24,892 bases of DNA from a virus (taxonomy: Duplodnaviria; Caudoviricetes): the IMG/VR virus record IMGVR_UViG_3300005527_000276, positions 1 through 24,892 of that record. The stretch is one strand, 5' to 3'. The notes beneath the pieces are model-generated. The model searched no databases, had not been told where the DNA came from, and saw only the letters and a list, made by a program, of their open reading frames with translations. Below, in pieces: positions 23,198 to 24,892 of this stretch; position 1 is the first letter of the stretch; each line of letters begins with the position of its first letter. Position numbers and translations under genes: made by a program.

Positions 23198-24892
23198 GCG
23201 ACCCGGCAGACGACCTCGCCCGCGCTCTGAGCGGAGTGCCAGCGCTGGGTGCGCCCGGCCCGATCAGCCTGCCGGGGGCGCCCGTCGCGCCGTCCTACGC
23301 AGGCCCGGCTCGCGCTCGCGTGCCGCTGGTGACGCCTGCCCCCGCGGAGCCGGCGGCGCTGCCGTCCGCTCCCGCCGAGGACGCCGCCGCGGCATTCGCC
23401 CGCGAGCTCGAGGCGCGCAGCGGCCCGACCGGCGCGCTGTCCCTGCCCGGCTACAGGCCCGACGCAGCGCCCGCCGCTGCTGAGTCCCCGGAGCCCATGA
23501 CTCCTGCCGAGGCCGCCTTGTGGCGGGCTGCCGCGGCCATGCCTGCGCTCGGGTCGGGCGGCACCGTGGACCTCCCGGGCACTCCTGTCCCTGCCTTCGC
23601 CGCGGCTGCCCGGCCGCGGACGTCGCTCGTCACGCCCGCCGAGGAGCCCGCGGCGGCTGGCACGGCGCCGAGCCCCGCTGCGGCCCGCCGAGGGGGCGTA
23701 GCGGCCCGCGGGCGTGGTCCCGCCACGCCTCCGGCGCCGCCGACGGAGGAGGATCTCAACGCGACGCTGATCGACGCGCTCACCAACCGCCCCCGAGACG
23801 CGCCGAGCCTGTTCGGCGAGTACGACAGCCGCACGGAGTCGCCGCTGGACCGGGACCTGCGGCTGGCCGACGAGCAGCGCCGCATCGAGCAGCGCCGGGC
23901 CGAGCTCGCCGCTATCGCTGCGGCCGAGGAGCGCGACCGCGTCGAGGCTGAGATCGGCGCACGGCAGCAGGTCGAAAATGAGCGGCGCGGGGCGACGAAT
24001 GCGGCCCGCGACTCCTATCGACGGGCGGCGGACAGGGCAGCCGCCCTCTCCATCGACCCCGACGGTTTCTACCATTCGCGGGGCGTCGGAGGAACCATCG
24101 CGAGCGCCATCGCGATCGGCCTGGGCGGCTTGAGCTCCGCGGTCAGCGGCGGCCCGAATGTCGTCTACTCGATGATCAACGATGAGATCGAGCGCGACCT
24201 GGCCGCGCAGCAGCAGCGCATCGACTCAGCGTTCCGGCGGGCCGAGGCCGAGGGAACGCTCTACGACATGACGCGGCAGGAGTACGCCGACCGCAACGCC
24301 GCCATGGACGCGGCGCGCGCCCTGGCGCTCGAGAACGTGGCGGCTCAAGTCGCCGAGCGCGAGGCTAGCCTTGGGAGCGAGGAGGCTCGGGTCAACGCCG
24401 AAGCGCTCGCCGCCCAGCTCCGCGACGCAGCGGCAGCGTCGCGCGCGGAGGCCGACCGCAGCGAGACCGAGTGGCAGCTCCGGATGCGCCTGCTCGAGGC
24501 GCGAGCTCGCGAGCGCGAGGCCGCGGCCCAGCGCGCAGAACGGCGCGCGATGGGTGGCGCAGGTGGGCCTCGATACGACGAGCCTACCGAGGCCCGGCTG
24601 AACGCCGCGAACCGACTCATCGACACCGGCGTCGCTCCCTCGGCGGCGGCCGCGTCGGTCGGCATCGATCCGGCGTTGGTCGGCGGGGCTGGGCGCTTCG
24701 CCGAGGCGAGCACCGCGGACTCGGCCGGAGCTCTGGCGGCGTTGAGTTCGACTCTCGACGAGATCGAGGGGCTCATCCCGTCCAGGGCCAGCGGCGAAGA
24801 TGCCCCGGGTGTGGGCATGACTGGCATGCTGCCCGACTTCCTCCTGTCCGACGAGGGCCGACAGATGCGCGAAGCGCTGCTGAATGCGACGG
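23194..24892 (+). CDS. Putative large ejection/internal virion protein (runs off the window edge)
   Basis: GTG 23194 (GTGA overlap), MSDPADDLARALSG...; frame reads open to the window end; Pro/Ala-rich N-terminus, coiled coils, IDPDGFYHSRGVGGTIASAIAIGLGGLSSAVSGGPN hydrophobic segment; not in the ORF track because no stop is present. Confidence 0.72.
   Translation, partial: MSDPADDLARALSGVPALGAPGPISLPGAPVAPSYAGPARARVPLVTPAPAEPAALPSAPAEDAAAAFARELEARSGPTGALSLPGYRPDAAPAAAESPEPMTPAEAALWRAAAAMPALGSGGTVDLPGTPVPAFAAAARPRTSLVTPAEEPAAAGTAPSPAAARRGGVAARGRGPATPPAPPTEEDLNATLIDALTNRPRDAPSLFGEYDSRTESPLDRDLRLADEQRRIEQRRAELAAIAAAEERDRVEAEIGARQQVENERRGATNAARDSYRRAADRAAALSIDPDGFYHSRGVGGTIASAIAIGLGGLSSAVSGGPNVVYSMINDEIERDLAAQQQRIDSAFRRAEAEGTLYDMTRQEYADRNAAMDAARALALENVAAQVAEREASLGSEEARVNAEALAAQLRDAAAASRAEADRSETEWQLRMRLLEARAREREAAAQRAERRAMGGAGGPRYDEPTEARLNAANRLIDTGVAPSAAAASVGIDPALVGGAGRFAEASTADSAGALAALSSTLDEIEGLIPSRASGEDAPGVGMTGMLPDFLLSDEGRQMREALLNAT

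Larger units (their letters stand above)
1..24892. mobile_element. Temperate podovirus-like bacteriophage/prophage segment (recombination, immunity, replication, packaging, head, tail and ejection modules)
   Basis: Lambdoid gene order with divergent repressor/Cro, then terminase, portal, scaffold, capsid, adaptor, nozzle and ejection genes; no tape-measure, sheath or tube genes seen; no host genes in the window. Confidence 0.95.

Overview
High-GC segment of a temperate, podovirus-like (P22/T7-type tail architecture) dsDNA phage or prophage; both ends are truncated and no integrase, att site or canonical lysis cassette is visible. Leftward: RecT-like annealase (partial), YqaJ-like exonuclease, a small gene, an ImmA/IrrE-type metallopeptidase and an XRE repressor. 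A divergent switch with a shared CTAGC-N8-GCTAG palindrome precedes a long rightward, almost fully translationally coupled run: Cro-like HTH, small (several Zn-finger-like) genes, SleB-like hydrolase, N6-adenine DNA methylase, RusA, replication initiator with iteron-like repeats, DnaC/IstB-like ATPase, TerS, a GNAT, TerL, portal, scaffold, major capsid, adaptor, a Ser/Thr/Gly-rich repeat fibre followed by a GT-A glycosyltransferase and a SAM methyltransferase, tail nozzle and ejection proteins. The most notable items are the fibre + glycosyltransferase + methyltransferase cassette (candidate virion glycosylation system), a perfect 12-bp hairpin covering the capsid ribosome-binding site, an antisense Cys-rich lipoprotein gene (myxobacterial-like) nested in a doubly coupled sense ORF, and a GNAT between the terminase subunits. 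All product calls come from visual motif recognition and synteny; no database searches were run.
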